A stretch of DNA of 64,000 nucleotides from Octopus sinensis (Eukaryota), in contig NC_043009.1 of NCBI RefSeq assembly GCF_006345805.1, forward strand, positions 8,432,001-8,496,000, given 5' to 3'. The notes beneath the pieces were generated by a model that saw only the letters and a list, made by a program, of their open reading frames with translations, did not search any database and was not told where the DNA came from. This document shows, piece after piece, positions 62,095-64,000 of this stretch (its first letter is position 1; every line of letters starts with the position of its first letter). The position numbers were made by a program, and so were the translations under genes.

Positions 62095-62480
62095 AGTATA
62101 CAAGACATTGCTGCTAGTCTAACGAAATTTGCTTCAGCATTGAATATGTTTCAGCCATAGTAATAATACATGTTTCGATAATGAATATATCACAGCTAGT
62201 TTCAATATTGGACTTATCGCAGGTAGACTAATAAATATATGCTTCAATATTGAACATATCCCAGCTAGATAAATAAATGCAAATGTCAGTACTGAACATA
62301 TCATAGCTAGTTTGGCACTACATGTCTCAATATTGAACAGCTAGATTAATAAATACATGTGTCAGCATAGAAGATATCTCAAATAGACCAACAGTACATG
62401 CTTCAGTATTGAAAATATCCCAGTTAGTCTAAAAATACATGCTGCAATATTGGAAATGTCCCTGCTAAACTAATAAATCC
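62095..62480. repeat. ~40-bp minisatellite, ~9 diverged units with a TTCAATATTGAA palindrome core
   Basis: Consensus approx. GCTAGACTAATAAATACATGCTTCAATATTGAACATATCCCA; perfect core at 62243-62254. Confidence 0.85.
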
Positions 62481-63289
62481 CCAAAAAAGAAAAAGTAAGA
62501 AAGAAAGAAAGGAATATTAAATCCATCATCAGTTACAATTCTGTAGTTTTCACCACTATGTGGTCTGATTCCATGTTACCACTTATCTCTCTCTACCCAT
62601 CTCTGTCTTTTTCTCTCGTTAAATTACCTCATTATTGATGGATAGACTTTGCATGTGTTTATCATTGTATTTGTTAATAATGATAACAGAAACATTATTA
62701 TTATTATTATCATCATCTTCATCATCATTTTCTATTGTCCCTCTCATCGTTTGCCCTGGTGGCGAATAAAAGAAATCATTATTATTGTTATCAATAATAA
62801 TAATAATGATAATTTTTCATTTTAATTGCTCTGGCAATGTAGTCTACTTATCACTTAGCAGACATATCACTCCATCCTTTGATAATACAGAACATTAATT
62901 CCTTATTTTTACGTTCTGCTATACTGTAGCCTTTAACCATTATTACTTAGATTATTAACAAATTGATGTGCATTTCACAGAAGCAAAGTACTTCATTCAT
63001 TTTTTTCCTGTTTTGTTTTATCTATTTCCTCTCATCTAATCTAAGAATCTAATGAGAAGATCTGAAGCATTTTTTGCTTCTACCCTGCCAAAATTTGGAT
63101 CATTCTTCCATCATATTTGATCTTCATATGTATAACTGCTTAACATCACTATATTTTTTGTATTTTTAATTTTTTTGTTTTATAATCATTTTACAACTAT
63201 ATTTTTTTTAAATAAGTATTCGTATGGGTTAGATAGCATTATAATTATCTGTATTTGTAAAAGAATAGTTATTTTGTTATTGGTTTCAG

Positions 63290-63388
63290 TCATTGCATAA
63301 TAAGATAAGTACCAGTAGAACACTGGGGTCGATATAATAGACTGGCCCCCTCCCCTTAAGTTGCTGCCCTTGTGGCAAAATTTGAAAC

Positions 63389-63433
<45 letters not shown>

Positions 63434-63461
63434 AGAAATTATTATTATTATTGTTGTTGTT

Positions 63462-63494
<33 letters not shown>
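63290..63494 (+). mobile_element. SINE-B 3' half with an expanded (TTA)n tail followed by (AG)n
   Basis: ATAAGTACCAG..CACTGGGGTCGATATAAT..AAATTTGAAACC(ATT)n. Confidence 0.8.
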
Positions 63495-63498
<4 letters not shown>

Positions 63499-63499
63499 A

Positions 63500-63830
63500 A
63501 CACATGCCATCAAAGTGACACTGGGGTACAAATATATGAAGCCCAATATACTCATCATGACTACTAATCTGATAAGGGTACACCAGGCACATGCATCACT
63601 ACTATATGTATGCAATGTAGTAATCTCTAATCTCATATCATGATAAACAGCACATGACCTTGCAGGTGGGGTCCAGTTAGAATTTTCTTCAGGTTGAGTA
63701 GACCATCCTACTCAGAAGGTTCCTGAATAAAGGTCATTTAAGGATGTTAAATGAAATACCCATGTTTCCAGAGGTGAATTATCTAAACCCCGAAGAATTC
63801 CTCTCAACACATGGCAATGATGCTGTTATT
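63500..63830. repeat. unclassified interspersed repeat
   Basis: Higher-GC block (GATAAGGGTACACCAGGCACATGCATC..CCATGTTTCCAGAGGTGAAT) recalled as a common octopus repeat; single copy in this window. Confidence 0.4.
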
Positions 63831-64000
63831 ATTATGTTAACACAAACATTTGATCTCTATAAAAAACAATCATCTGTATGGTTGCCCAGCAAGAAATTCA
63901 TGGAACCCTTGTTCATCGTTGAATGACAGAAATTCATAATATATATATGACAGGCTTATAATAGTGGTTTCAAATTTTGGCACATAGCCAGCAATTTTGG

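Noticed and set aside
62095-62480. CRISPR-like array (also considered for 11441-11610)
   Set aside because: The whole unit is repeated, with no unique spacers and no cas genes, in a eukaryotic context.
1-64000. SINE orientation bias as a clue to the host transcription strand
   Set aside because: By-eye counts of SINE-A are similar on the two strands, so they are uninformative.

Overview
AT-rich eukaryotic non-coding DNA, either intergenic or inside a very large intron. The microsatellite load and the repeat families look like a coleoid cephalopod, most likely Octopus; this is recognition by eye, not a database search. I cannot support any intact host gene, true tRNA/rRNA gene or CRISPR array. 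Most ORFs in the supplied track are microsatellite or repeat artefacts. The window is a layered record of transposon insertions. Working names for the short repeats: SINE-A (tRNA-like head GGAGTGGCTGTGTGGTAAG..GGTTCAGTCCCA, usual tail TGAAACAAGTAAAAGA); SINE-B (head GAGCTGGCAGAA, core TTTCATCCTTTCGGGGTCGATAAA); SINE-C (head GGCGCATGGCTCAGTGGTTAG); repeat-D (RTE-type 3' end with (GAT)n tail); repeat-E (GCTAGAAATAGCAGCCAAATC..AAACAACAAC). Decayed coding remnants come from RTE LINEs of several lineages, a Ty3/Gypsy gag-pol, a hAT (Buster/Charlie-like) transposase, a mariner transposase and possibly an L1/Tx1 RT. Non-autonomous elements include hAT and TTAA-flanked MITEs, a complete non-autonomous Helitron and a Penelope-like palindrome. 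Best leads: two different SINEs inserted at essentially the same site in two copies of one MITE; a complete 524-bp RTE-derived element made only of LINE 5' and 3' ends, with a 10-bp TSD; an in-frame Gypsy/RTE junction; several hairpins and palindrome arrays; and a repeat-poor island near 20.7 kb that may hold a terminal exon. I did not find convincing evidence of a novel protein-coding system. Boundaries are approximate unless a TSD or TIR is quoted.
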